This document shows positions 37,351 through 56,908 of a DNA stretch of 64,000 nucleotides, piece after piece. The notes beneath the pieces are model-generated. The model did not search any database, was not told the origin of the DNA, and was given only the letters and a program-made list of their open reading frames with translations. The stretch lies in assembly GCF_009914755.1 (NCBI RefSeq), contig NC_060940.1. One strand, 5' to 3'. Each line of letters starts with the position of its first letter. Position 1 is the first letter of the stretch. A program made the translations under genes and the position numbers. This DNA is from the human T2T-CHM13v2.0 reference genome, Homo sapiens.

Positions 37351-37753
37351 AAACAAGAGAAGAGAAGAGAAGACCATTGAGCTTAACACGCCTTTTCATA
37401 TAAATAACTCCAATGGCGGCATTCATCTAGGCTAAAATTTTGGTTTCTGAGAACAAATCATTTTGCTAATAATTCAGTGGACATTTATACTCAAAGATAG
37501 GCAGAGCCCCTAAATCTGCAGGTGCATGAAAAATTCAGGTGTAGGGACATTACACTACACAATTACCTCAGACTAGGGTAGTTTGTTGCGGTGAGGTTGG
37601 GTTTTTCTTTCCTTCCTTTTAAATTTTTACTTAATCAAGAAAGCTTCTTTTAAGACAAACACTTGGTGAGGTGGCCAAGCACTATCATATTTCCTGGTTT
37701 CCTCTTCTTCTTTACTTAACAAAGAACTGCTCATTAAAATGACATCTTCTTAA

Positions 37754-38070
<317 letters not shown>

Positions 38071-38268
38071 TGAGTATAAGACATTGATTCCAGGTTAAAT
38101 AAAGTATCTACACGAGTCTTTTCACCTATTGACTGAACTGTCTTTAATAATCACACTTGTGTAGTACTTTTCATTTCCATTACCTCATTTGATTTTCCAA
38201 CGAGACAGGTGAAACAATTCTGCTTCCAGTAGACATGGGAGGGTGGAAACAGCAGGGCCACTACTTAC

Positions 38269-38315
38269 CTGTAGTAGTCAGTTTTAAGTTGAAGGTAAAT
38301 ACCCCTTCAAAATTT
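38269..38315 (-). other. Candidate 47-nt internal exon of an unidentified minus-strand transcript
   Basis: Minus strand: TTCTCTGCCTTATCTCCTGTGGTCTTTTCCATCCAG|AAATTTTGAAGG...ACTACTACAG|GTAAGT (consensus donor, strong acceptor), in non-repeat DNA. Confidence 0.4.
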
Positions 38316-38433
38316 CTGGATGGAAAAGACCACAGGAGATAAGGCAGAGAATCAAAGCCCAGGGAGGAAAATCATATAGGGGACATTAAAGACCAGCAGG
38401 GTCATAAGACTTCCCAAGAAATGGCATGTTCTA

Positions 38434-38821
<388 letters not shown>

Positions 38822-39039
38822 GAGGCTCTTTCTAAACTTTTAAATCTATTGCTAAATTCAAGGAAGACTTGATTGCAGTAGCATTTAACTCTGGAATCAC
38901 AAATAAAGTACTAGCAAATTCCATCTTCATATACTACTGCTTTAATGCCAAGCTAATACTTAAAAAAGAAAATGGGCAAAGAAAAAGAAAAAGTTGATGA
39001 TTCATGAGTCTAAACAATTTTTTGTTTTTATTTATCTGA

Positions 39040-39656
<617 letters not shown>

Positions 39657-40242
39657 CTTCAATTCATTTCTAAAAAGAGAGGAAAAATATATGGCTTCTT
39701 CCCCGCCCCATTGTTATTTGATTCAATTATTTACAAAATGAATTCTTAGGATATTTTGCATTTTTATTTCCTTCTGAAAAATCAGTTTTTACACCATGAC
39801 CTTAATCTAGCTAATTCTGTTAAAATAGGATTTAATTTTAGATAAGTTCCCAGAGGACCTGCATTCCATTCAATTGTTGGTTGAACTATATTTCCTAGTG
39901 ACTAGGATTTATAAATATTAATTATCTGAAAGAGTGGAAATGAACATATAGTTATTTTTAGAATATACTGTGATAACAACAACAAAAAATCCTGCAAAAC
40001 GGAGCTAGACCAGCGCTGACATGAAAATCCAACAGCCACCTGGCGAACTCTGTGTTCCAAGAGGTTTTTATTTACAGTGTAGGATGTGACTTTACCTATA
40101 AAATGCTTTCTGGCTGCCACTCCGTTTGGACGATTCCGGTTTTGGTCTGCTAACTTATCAACTGTATGATTTGGGCAAGTTCCTAAACTTCTCTGTGCTT
40201 CGTTTCTCCCCTTTGTAAAACAGGACTAAAAATATTAAAACT

Positions 40243-41000
<758 letters not shown>

Positions 41001-41256
41001 ACAATGTGGAGTCTTTTATTCTTTGCCTAGAATTTTCTGTGCATTGCTGGAATGAGTATATCCAGAATTCATTCCAAAGTTAATTAAGAAAAGTACAGTT
41101 AGGCTTTGGTAAAACAGTCTGCCAAAATTTAACAAAAAAGAGAAGGAGAAGAAAAGTTCATTAAAAAATAACATCACTAGGAACTCTGCAACCTTGAGTG
41201 GGGCACTTAAGTGCCACAGACCTCAGTTTCTTCCTTTTTTGTTGTTTTTTTATTTT

Positions 41257-41750
<494 letters not shown>

Positions 41751-42608
41751 ACCAAACACAGCAAAGGAAATAAAAAAAAGGCTTCCCATATAGTAAAACT
41801 TACATTTTGGAGATCTGGATTTCTCCATTATAAACCTATGGAATCAAATCATTTAAAATCTAGTTACCAGAGAAACCTCGGTTTAATATTAACAAACATA
41901 CTTCCTTTAACCACGAGCCACTTTAATGTATATCAGTTTTATCTCTGGAGCTTCATAGATCCCAACAGAGAAGGCTGATCTATTTTCAGAGAAACATAGC
42001 AAGAGAGTGTCACTTCTGAACCATTATACATTTAAACAATCTCTCTACATGTAGAGCCTGCATCTAAATCCCAGCAATTTTTCAGGACCTAGCTCTGAGG
42101 CCACATCAGCACTCCAGGCAGGCGGAGGGACTCTCCACCCCGCCTCTTTTGCCCCCAGAAAATAAATCTTTCCCCAGACCAACAATCCACTTCCCGGCCT
42201 CACAGCAACGGGCTCCCGGCTCCCGCACGTGACTGCCAACTCTTTACGAGATGAGGCTGTGCTGGCTCGGTATGGTTGATAAGACAAGCATGCAAGAAAT
42301 ATTTATTAATGCAAACTCGTATAAATTCGTATCATCTGAGTTTATGGGAATGAGGATAAATCACAAAAGCATTATAAAGTGAGGCTTTGGACAAAGTCCT
42401 GAATGGAAGAGTCTAGTACCATTTTTAGAGCCTCTTTTGTTTTTTAAACTCCTTTTACTATCATTCCCAGCCTTGGTAGACACTTGACAAATATTTGAGG
42501 GGAAGCTGAGGACAAAGAGATGAAAATAAAGTGACTGCTATGAAAAAATGAAAGCCCAGGTAAGAATAAACAGTTTAATCTCTGTTTAGTTAGGAAGGAG
42601 CCAAACGC

Positions 42609-42972
<364 letters not shown>

Positions 42973-43005
42973 TCAGGCAGTAACTAGCTTTGAAAACCCT
43001 TGTGA

Positions 43006-43443
<438 letters not shown>

Positions 43444-43519
43444 CTGAATTTGTGATTCGTGTTAATGACGAACCTGAGCTGAGCCTTAAGTATCTGTCCG
43501 GAGTCGCAGAAGCAATCAG

Positions 43520-43600
43520 CACAGTGCCCAGCACTGAACCACGGCACACAGTGCCCAGCACTGAACCACAACACCCAGTGCCCAGCACTGAACCTTAGCA
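43520..43600. repeat. 27-bp tandem repeat x3
   Basis: cacagtgcccagcactgaaccac repeated. Confidence 0.88.
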
Positions 43601-44069
43601 CATGCGCATTCCCCCCACGCCCCCGAACTTATATTCGTCACCATATGTTGTGCAGATCCACGAATGGGCAGAGTCACAATTCTCACATGAGCTTTGTAAA
43701 TAAGGAAAAACTGCATGGGCCAGCACACGTTGCTTGTGTGTGTGTGTCCTAAGCACTGATGACAAATGCAGAACCAACAACATTCCCACTCATCCAGAGG
43801 AAACCGTGAGTTCTCAATGAGCAGGCTGGGAGTAGCTTAGTAGTCATTTCCAAAGCACTGTGAAACTTGTCTACTTCATGAAAAAGTACTGAGGCTGTTT
43901 TACAGCCCTTTAACTTAAATCTAGTAATTGTGCCTATCAGAGTTCTGAAGAAAATAAGACTCAATAATCTAAGCTACTAGTTCACGCAGATCATCTTAAA
44001 GCAAGATTTTCCACAGACCTCACATATCGAGGTGACATGATCCTTTTCTAAAATGAAAGAGCTTCGCTA

Positions 44070-44320
44070 GAGCCCAGAAGTTCGAGACCAGCCTGGGCAA
44101 CATAAGTGAGACCCCGTCTCAACAAAACAACAAAAAAAAAGTTTTTTTTTTAAATTATCCAAGTGTGCTGGCATGCACCTGCAGTCCCAGCTACTTGGGA
44201 GGCTGAGGTAGGAGGACTGACTGAGCTCTGGAGGTCGAGGCTGCAGTAAGCTATAAGTACGCCACTGGACTCCAGCCTGGTCAACAGAGCAAGACCCAAT
44301 CTAAAACAAAAAACAAAAAA
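44070..44320 (+). mobile_element. Alu (AluJ-like, 5'-truncated)
   Basis: Partial left arm plus right arm. Confidence 0.9.
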
Positions 44321-44374
44321 CTACGAAAACATATTCCACAAAAAAGATTTGTACATAAGGACTGTATATAAGAT

Positions 44375-44709
44375 TGTTTCTAGGCAGACATTGAATGCTA
44401 ATTTCTTCGTTTTTTAAAAAAAATGAAATAGCTTAACTATAACCATCTAAACTACAAAGTATCTTTTTTAAGTTCTAAAATATTAGGATTTATAAAGTAA
44501 ATAAAATTCTATGATAGCATGGAGCCATTTTCATCCAGGATGTTTGGACACCCTTCTCCTTTTTTTGAGACTCCATCAAAGAAAGAAAGAAAAGAGAGAA
44601 AGGAAGAGATAAAAAGAAAGAGAGAGCTAGCTTAGCAAAAATCATCTAAACTACAAATTATCTTAATTCTAAAATATTAGAATTTATAAAGTAAATAAAA
44701 TTCTGTGAT
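44375..44709 (+). repeat. Local duplication copies 2 (44375-44545) and 3 (partial, 44628-44709)
   Basis: ttctaggcagacattgaatgcta...atctaaactacaaa...aaagtaaataaaattct(a/g)tgat. Confidence 0.85.
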
Positions 44710-44932
44710 GTGGTTTCTCTAGTTAAGGGCCTGGGGGACTTACACAGCTGTTACGAAGACATTATTTAAAAAAATCTTCAGTTCTCCCTGGGGGGCAATT
44801 GGATTGACAATTGCAATTCCTTTGTAACCAATGGGCTTCTGTGTGAGCTGTTAGACGCACACTGGTATTCGTTCAAGATGGAAAACCAAACAACATGGAC
44901 ACAACCCATGACAGCCTTCAAAGTTCTGTCTG

Positions 44933-45051
44933 CATGACCAATCAGGTCCTTTGGTTGAAATCCATGACCAATCAGGTCCTTTGGTTGAAATCCATGACCA
45001 ATCAGGTCCTTCGGTTGAAATCTATGACCAAGCAGGTCCTTGGTTGAAATC
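44933..45051 (+). repeat. 30-bp minisatellite x4 containing CCAAT boxes
   Basis: catgaccaatcaggtcctttggttgaaatc at 44933, 44963, 44993, plus a degenerate copy at ~45023. Confidence 0.95.
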
Positions 45052-45152
45052 CACGTTGGCCAGGCTGATCTCGAACTCCTGACCTCAGGTGATCCGCCCG
45101 CCTCGGCCTCCCAAAGTGCTGGGATTACAGGCGTGAGCCACCGCATCCGGCC
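45051..45152 (-). mobile_element. Alu left-arm fragment
   Basis: ccacgttggccaggctg...gagccaccgcatccggcc; the rest is missing. Confidence 0.9.
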
Positions 45153-47122
45153 AGAGTGTGTTGTTTTCTCATTGCAGTCCCTAACTTGCCCTGAACCCTC
45201 CCTTACCCAGGTAGCCACGAAGCATCTGGTGACTGAGGCCTGGGAGTGAGCCCTGGAGGTTCTGGCTGACGCTCTGCCGTGACCCACTTGGGGCTTCTGT
45301 GACGTCCCCTTCAGCCTGACAAGAGGACCCAGTTCTCCTCTGTGCTCACCCTGAACAAAACAGGTCCTAGTCTGGGAAGGGCGCCAAAGAGAGATCTTTT
45401 CACTGGTTTCTGTTCCCTGTCATTTTTGGGGGAGGGTGGGCTGGGGAACACAAACACCCAATAATTGGAAATTGTCAGACATACAAAAAAGAAATGTAAT
45501 TAGTCATAAACCCTATTTTAAGGTTATATTTGCACTGCCATTTTAAAATGAGAAAACACTAATAACATTAAAATGAAGTCTTTGTTAAAAGTAACCATGC
45601 ATTGTTCAAATTTCCATTTGTTCTTTGTTTGACAATGAAAAATCATTCTAAATTAGTTCCATACACTTACTGTGAAACACAACAGTTTATTCCTGGGTCA
45701 CATTCTCCCCCTTCTGTGGTTTATATAACTTCTCTTTGTTCCGCAAATGGCAGTACAATGGCAAACAAAATAAAATGGAGTTTATTATGAAAATGGATCC
45801 ATTAAGCTACCTAAGAATAACATAGCCCTACAACTCCTGCACTTGTAGAGGGACACGGGTGAGATGAAACGGACGTCAGTACCCCTGCAAGAATCACACA
45901 GATAGGCCCCTCGGTGCACCTGGAGAGGGAGGCCACAATGGCAAATAATAGGAGACACAGCGATGCCCCACTCCCTTCTTTCCCAAGAGCTGCCATTTCT
46001 GCCCTTGCTGGATAAGCTCAGTGTCTCACACAGCGTGAGCGTCCACTAGATGCTGGCTTGGACAGGCGATGCTGAGGGTTCCCATAGACGGCACTCTAGT
46101 AGGGCTGCTCAAGTCCCTCCTCACAATCCAGAGGATCTCACCTAGGCAGGGCCCATGGTCACTCCCCAGGAGAAGAGCCAGGAATGTCCCCATCAAGCAA
46201 AACCCCTGGTCTCCAGCTCACAACTCAAAACCCAAGCAAATGAAGGAAAAGCTCCTGGGACCATCAGGACTCATAACGACCAAGGGTCAGTCATGGTATC
46301 AGGAAATCGTAATCCTGGCTCAGAAAGGTTTTAAATACAGGGAAGCAGAAGGCTGGGGCAGCAAAGGACACTACTAAGAGCAAGCGACTCACAGGGCTCA
46401 CCCGGAAGGCATTACAAACTGGAATTCCTAAAAGAGTGGTTGCCAAGCTCACCCAGAAGAGGAGGTCCCACTGGTCCCTGAGTCTGCTCCAAACGGCCAC
46501 GCACAGCGTGGGCATCCTCTCCCCTGCTTTCCATTGCTGTACAGAACCTGACCTGGGACCAGAGAGAAGAGGGTCCAGGGAAATGCTGCTGAAGGCTTCG
46601 TCTCTGCAGTGGAGAGAAAGTCGGAAGGGGCAGCACCCACCCCTAGCTGCCCATAGATGACCAGGCACAGGCACCCACCACCGACACTGGCACAATCCCC
46701 CAACATGTTCTCAGACCAGACCAAGACCCTAGCCGAGCCCAAGGATGCTGGCTAATCAAATAGTAAACACCTTTGGCCAGATTATCCTTAAAAAGTCTCT
46801 GGAATGTCACCTTCAGTCTCTGTAGTCTACTTTCTAACATACTTCTGAGCCGAAACCACGTGAAAAGATTTTTCTTCTGACTACAAGGCAGAACAATAAA
46901 AGTGACCCTCTGAGTCAAAAACACCACATGAAACTCACCTCCCGCCTCCAACCCATCCCTTCCGCATCCTTCATGTCCACCGTCCCTTTACCAACAACCA
47001 GCTGATTCTTCCAGACTTCAAAATCTTTCAGATTAACCCAGAAATATCGATAAGGGAGGCCTTTTTCTTAGCTTATGTTGTATATGTTTTTCTGTTTAGG
47101 CTACTGCTATAAAGAACTATCC

Positions 47123-47340
47123 ACCAGCCTGGGCAACAAGGTAAGACCGACCCTGTTTCTACAAAAAATACAAAAGTAGACGGGCATGATGGTGTACACC
47201 TGTAGTCCCTGCTACTCAGGAAGCTAGGGTGGGAGGACTGCTTGAACCCAGGAGTTAGTGGCTGCAGTGAGCCGAGATCACACCACTATACTCCAGCCTG
47301 GGTGACAGAGTGAGACTGTGTCTCAAAAAAAAAAAAAGAA
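47123..47340 (+). mobile_element. Alu (AluJ-like, 5'-truncated)
   Basis: TSD aaagaactatcc. Confidence 0.9.
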
Positions 47341-47726
47341 CTATCCCGAGAGTCCACTGTTGGGGGCCGAAGTGGGGGTGGGGACCCTTGGCTGCCATGT
47401 TCCTGGGCCAGGAACATGGACTGGATGGCCTGCATGTCAGAAGACTGGTGACATACAAGGGTCAATAAATAAAAACAGTTAATATGATAAGAGCTGTTAC
47501 TGTTATTGTTAGAAAAGAGGGGCACAGCCAAGGAAAGGGGAGAAAGCTGAAACAAACCATTTGACTTGGATGGTATCATGATTTTTATATGAGATGAATG
47601 GATACATAGATACGAGTGGGACAGATGGATACAAAGAACTACAAACGCATGTGTGCCCGTGTGTGTATGTACAAACATATGTGTACGTGTAGGGAAGTAC
47701 ATGCATATGTTTAATTTCCTAGCTAT

Positions 47727-48004
47727 GCCAGGCGCGGTGGCTCATGCCTGTAATCCCAGCACTCTGGGAAGCCAAGATGGATGGGTCACCTGAGGTCAGG
47801 AGTTTGAGACCCAGCCTGACCAACATGGTGAAACCCCGTCTCTACTAAAAATACAAAATTAGCCGGACGTGGTGGCGCATGCCTGTAATCCCAGCTACTA
47901 GGGAGGCTGAGGCAGGAGAACTGCTTGAACCGGGAGGCAGAGGTTGCGGTGAGCCAAGTTCCTGCCACTGCATGCCAGTCTTGGCAACAAGAGTGAAACT
48001 CCGT

Positions 48005-48032
<28 letters not shown>
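47727..48032 (+). mobile_element. Alu (AluS-like)
   Basis: Dimer with long A-tail. Confidence 0.95.
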
Positions 48033-48035
<3 letters not shown>

Positions 48036-48225
48036 CCTAACTACGCTGCTTGAGAAGTCCTTGTAGCCGTAATAGCCCAGTAGCGTGAACACACCTAATA
48101 CTTAGATCCTGGTTTCTAAAAACCACTTTCTACTAAAAGGAACCAGGGCTTATTGGAGAAATGGCTGATTCCAGGGCTGGAGCAAGGAAAGTTCTGGGTG
48201 AGCCTAGAACCAAGAACTAAACATG

Positions 48226-49064
<839 letters not shown>

Positions 49065-51853
49065 TCAATGCAAAAGAAACAATGCAACTAGAAACATCAC
49101 CATTTGGCAATGCTCATACTAATTCCCTCAGGCAAGAATCATCCCAGGATGCTAAAACAAATGGGCAAAAAGCTTAATGAGAAACAGGATATTTTCCGAG
49201 TCCCCAAAAAATCTCCCCACCAGAAACAGTACTTTTTAACTGATAATTACAAAATACCAACAAATTAATTTTACAGTGGAGAAACCTGGTAGACACCACC
49301 TCAACCAAATGATAAGTTAACTTCTCCAGAAATGGGACTGATCAGACCTGTGTGCGTTCCTGTCGTGACAACCCTGCAGGGACTCTCCTGCCAGGAACCT
49401 ACCACCTGATTCTCATCATGAAGGAATATGAGACCAGCCCAAACCGAGGGACATTCTACAAAGTAACTGGCCTGTTCTCTTAAAAAAATGTCAAGGTCGT
49501 GAAAGACAGAGACGAAGGAACAGCCCCAGATTGAAGGAGACTCGAGAGCCATTGACACAGACGGCGCCTGTGGTCCTGGGCGGGCTCCGGGGCCTCTGCA
49601 TTTGGTGGCATGGTGTGACAGTGCCCACGTCCTGATTTGGGCAGGTCGGTGCAGGCTATCCGGGACAGCGTCCTTGTTTTTAGGAAACCCACACAGGAGA
49701 ATCTAGAGGCACTCTCTGCAGTCTATTCTCAAATTATTCCGGAAGAAAGGGATGTGTGTATGTGGAGAGACAGACAGACAAACATGTCGGAATGTTAATT
49801 CAGGGAATCTGGGTGAAGAGTATTTGGGAATTCTTTATACTGTTTGGGAGCATCTCTGTAAATTTAAACTTACTTCAAAATTAGAATATAACGCCACCAA
49901 AACCCCCTCTATCACTCACTCCGCATTCCTAGATAACAACTAGTGTGGAATTCTGTTCTTTGAATCACTAGATATCAACTAGCGTGTAACTCTGTTGTTT
50001 GAAGCCACCTGGTTTGAGGTACTTTGGTACAGTAGCCCTAGGAAATAAATATGCTACTCAAAGAATATTGAATGTGGCTTTTTCTACAATACTAAAATCT
50101 GACCTACCATGTTAACTTAGTAAGGCAAACTGCTGGGGCGGGGTCCCGTTTCAGCCGAACGCATCTGACAATGCCTTAAGTCACACATTGCATAATCACA
50201 AGTTGCTTCTTGACATGAGCGGCTCTTCAAGTGCACGGGGAACAACAGATTCTTTGTCAGGGACTCACAAGAGTCACATGCTGTTATTCTTTTCTCCTTA
50301 AGAGACAAACTGATTTTTTAATCACTGAGAGCCTATTACATGCGTGGCATAGTTTTAAGATGTTTTGACATGTCACACGTAAACGATAGTAAACATGTCT
50401 TGGAAGAGGGGCTAAGATGTGGGACGAACGTGATTATTCAATGGGCATGCGCTTCCGGCCACGCATCACACGCACATACACCAGCGCGGTTATCCATAAC
50501 TCTACCATTTCAAGTGAGCCGCAAGAGACTGTAAATCGCAGTGAAGTGGGCCGTCAGGCAATGATTACTAAATAAGCATGGGAAACATCTAAGATTAACA
50601 GTGAAGAGAGAAGATGCGTTTGGAATGGAATCCTGGAGACAGTTAAGTTACCAGGTGCTTTCACAGTCGTTTTTTCAAATTCAGTCACTGAGACATAAAA
50701 TAATATTGATCTTTGAGAAGAGCTCTCGACGGAAACAGCAGTTGGCAGTGTCCCCAGAGCACTTGCCCTTCCTCTGGAGCGCTTCACGTGCGAGCCCGCC
50801 GTCTATTTATAACAGTTGGGCACTTGTCGCCACAATGGCTGATTGTGTGGCCCAGCTGTCTGTGTCTATCAAGAAGGGCAGGAGTGGACAGCCTGCACTT
50901 TGATGTTTCCCTTTTTTGGAGACTGAAAATAACATTTTTAAAAAACTGCCAACCGGCAAGGTCACAAAATATTTTTGGATGGCACGGGGACCGATTGCAA
51001 AGCTGTGGTTCACATCAGATGCGGAGGCCTGGGACGCAGCCAGTGAGCCCCATTGCACAATATCCTGCTCATGCCAACTTCAAAAGTTATTTGCCTCGGA
51101 GAGCTCCCAGACGACTCTTTCTCGGTAATAAAACACAGCATTTTAGAAATTTGCAAGGGTCTTCCGGATAGGGCATTACCCAGAGGAGCAAGGATTTCCC
51201 TGGCCACTCTGGTTACAGTTGCAACCAGCAGCCCCAGGCCTCTTGCCACCCTTGCCCCGCCCCACCCCACATCCCTCACCCCCACTCCACAAACTCCTGC
51301 CCTTCCCTGATGAGCTCTCAAGCACTTACCAGCGACACGCTACATATTTTTCTAATGCATGTGTCAATTTCTTGACTCGCCCATTCTATTATAGATGGCT
51401 CACGAAAGCAGGATTAGCGTCTGTTTTGTTCACTGATGCAACCACAGAGCCGAGAATAGTGCCTGGCTCACAATATTTACTGAGTGCATACTTGTGGAAT
51501 TAATTAATTTAAATAGCAGAGACAATGGGATCAGGAAACACATGGAAATACCGATGACCAGTATTAGATGTCAGGGTTCTGTCGCCCTTCCCCCCGCCCC
51601 CGACGAAGATCCCAGCTTTGTTTACATATTTGTGGTGCACAAAAATAGAAATGGACTAAACAAAATTCCCGATTTTCCCAAAGTGTGGTGGATTGCAGAA
51701 ACCAAGACTTCGCAGGGCTCGGTTCTGAAATGATTTTCACTCAAACCATCTTCCTGAAACTCTTCCTATTACTCTCTGCCCATTTCGCAAACCTTCTTGC
51801 TGGAGGTATTAGATACGGGAAGCACCTGTAGTAATCAACAAGTATGGCTCTGA

Positions 51854-52161
<308 letters not shown>

Positions 52162-52544
52162 GAAATGGATATTTTGAAAATCATCAAGTTATACAAAAGA
52201 ATCCCACATGCTGTACAACACCACTCGAGATTTTAGGGTTTTTGCGGGTTTTACATCAGTAGATCATGAAACCCTGACTCTTTAATTATTATGTAAATGA
52301 AATTCAACAACACACTCACACCTCAAAAACTCTGGAAGGTCAGAAAGAGGCAGAGAGCAGGGCCCCCGCGGAAGGGGAGGCACACAAGGCAGACAGAGGC
52401 AGAGGAGGTGGGAGTACAGGCCCCAGCACTGTGGTAGCCAACAGCAGAGCCATTCTTCCACACCGGGAAGGGCCCCCAGGCCTCAGGAAGCCAGCTCTAT
52501 TCAGCAGATTTCACAAGTGAAAAAGCCTTTTTAGATGTCTTTTG

Positions 52545-53413
<869 letters not shown>

Positions 53414-53543
53414 CTATAGAAAATTCTGTGACATCAGGATTCTTCAATAATCTCTTCAACATCAGCTCTCAACATATTTATAGAAGATCTCCAGGCCCAC
53501 CAGTTTTCCTACCTGTGCAAAATGCTGTGGCTTCAAAGTAATG

Positions 53544-53852
<309 letters not shown>

Positions 53853-54437
53853 TAAATTTAAAAGGGGCTTTCGTCCTCCTAGGAGTCAGAATCAGTCCTC
53901 ACTGTAAGAAGCAGAATTCTAACCTCAAAACTGGTCTCCTGGGAACACTGGAAAGCAGTGCGTGATCCGAAGGGGCAGAAATGACTGACACTCTCAAATT
54001 CCCCTCTGCATCATGGGCACTCAGCACTGTGCCTAGTGCATAGTAAGACTTCAACAAATATGTGCTGTTGTTATAATTCGGAGTGACGATGGAGGTGCAG
54101 AGGTTTACCTGTGTTTTTATTATCTCTGGTTGACAAGGCGGCCACACCCAGGTTGCCTGTTCTGAAGCTGTCTCAAGACAGTGACCATCACCCAGGCTGA
54201 GGTCCAGGATGATGTGAGTGCAAATTGCTAAAGCTCTCCTTCAGGTGCCAGGCCTGCCATGACACATGGCGAGTCCTAGCAGAGGTCAGACCAACAACTC
54301 AGTTCTTTCAGGTAACCTGTACTGATGAAACCCCCCCCCACCCCGCCAATCTTACTCTTCTGTTATTTCATGTCTATGAAGGGTTTTGGCATAAAAAAAA
54401 CAAAAAGCCTCATTTTAAAAAAATCTACAATTGTTTA

Positions 54438-54572
54438 GGTTTTTGTTTAAAGAGAAGCGTCTGGTTCTGTTGCCTAGGCTGGAGTGCCGTGGTGCAATCT
54501 CGGCTCACTGCAGCCTCCAACCCCTGGCCTCAAGCAATACTCCTGCCTCAGCTTCCTGAGTAGCTGGGACTG
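54438..54572 (-). mobile_element. Alu right-arm fragment
   Basis: Partial arm. Confidence 0.85.
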
Positions 54573-54584
54573 TCCATCTTTTTT

Positions 54585-54750
54585 TTAATAACAGCTTTAT
54601 TGAGATATAATTCACATACCGTACAATTCATCTGTTTCCAGGGTACAATTCAGTGGTGTCTAGCATATTCACACAGGGCTGTGCAACCATCACCACCATC
54701 AACCTAGAACACTTTCATCACCCCAGAAAGAAACTCCGCACCCGGCTGCA
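54585..54750 (-). mobile_element. L1MB-type 3' end
   Basis: cagctttattgagatataattcacatacc...gtgcaaccatcaccac...tcatcaccccagaaagaaac. Confidence 0.85.
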
Positions 54751-55129
54751 GTGACACCATCATCCTGGCTTATTGTCGTTTGTCCGCCGGCCACCGTTCT
54801 GTCTCTGTTTCTTTCCCAACACCAGCCTCTCTTTTCACGCACTATCTCCCCGCCAGCCCTGCTCCCTGCATTCTGTAGGAAATGCTTGGCTCCTACAGTG
54901 GTTGACGAATACCAAAGCTTCTGTGAGCACGCCAGAGGGCCCCCACAAAGCTCTCTCCTCTGTCTGAAACATTACTCTGAAGGAGTGATTTCTTGTTCAT
55001 TCTGAATAAGGATGACGACACCAGGAAGCGGAGGCCCGGGGAGCATTTACGGCGTGTTCTCGATGTGTGAGCACTGTGGCCAGCACGTTCCAACCCAGTG
55101 CTCCAAGAGTTGCTCCCAGCCCCACTTCA

Positions 55130-55839
<710 letters not shown>

Positions 55840-56376
55840 CTACACTGACTCTTGTTGAGAGAACACTCCAAGATGTAATCATGCCTACAATGACGTTGCA
55901 GGGGGAAGTGACTGATCCACTACTTTCCTGGAGAACCTGGGAAGGTATGTGTGATCAGGAGGATAAAAGGCCAGGGAACAAGAAAACTGCAGAGAGGAGA
56001 CCCAGCAGGCAAGATGCTGCAAAAGGTGCAGCGGAACTGAGTCCACCGAGGAGCTAAAAATCCCTCCGTCTTAGAATTCTGTCCTTGCCAGGAAAGGGCT
56101 CCTCATCTCCTGATTGCTAATTAACTTTATCTCCTTGAATCAAGGGAGCTAAAGGAAGTCTCTGAATTAGAAACCTTTGTGGTGAGGGGTAAAGGAATTT
56201 TGGTAAGAGGATATAATCAAAAATATGATGATTAAAGAAAGATGATTAAAGCTTGGAAAGCAAGTCACTAACTTATTAACAGTGGCTATCTTTAAGGGAT
56301 GGGATTAGTAAAGATTTTCATTTCCATTTTATACATTTCTATATTGCCAAATTTTACAACAAGCTTATAGTACTTA

Positions 56377-56710
<334 letters not shown>

Positions 56711-56908
56711 TTAGAAGAAAAAACCAAAAAGATGACCTGGGGAGAGGGGAAGAACTTCTGGAATAATGAAGTGAGAAGCTTGGCAAAACCTCTCCTCAAA
56801 AAGTAACAACAAAACTAGACAAGTCGGTCAAAAACAACCACCACAGGGTTGGAAATCAACCAAAGACATACAAAAAATTGAAAAATGTTTATTCAAGAAA
56901 AACTACGC

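Noticed and set aside
44778-45287. 169-aa ORF with [10 protein letters not shown] repeats
   Set aside because: It is a read-through of an Alu arm plus the 30-bp minisatellite, with no sign of real coding.
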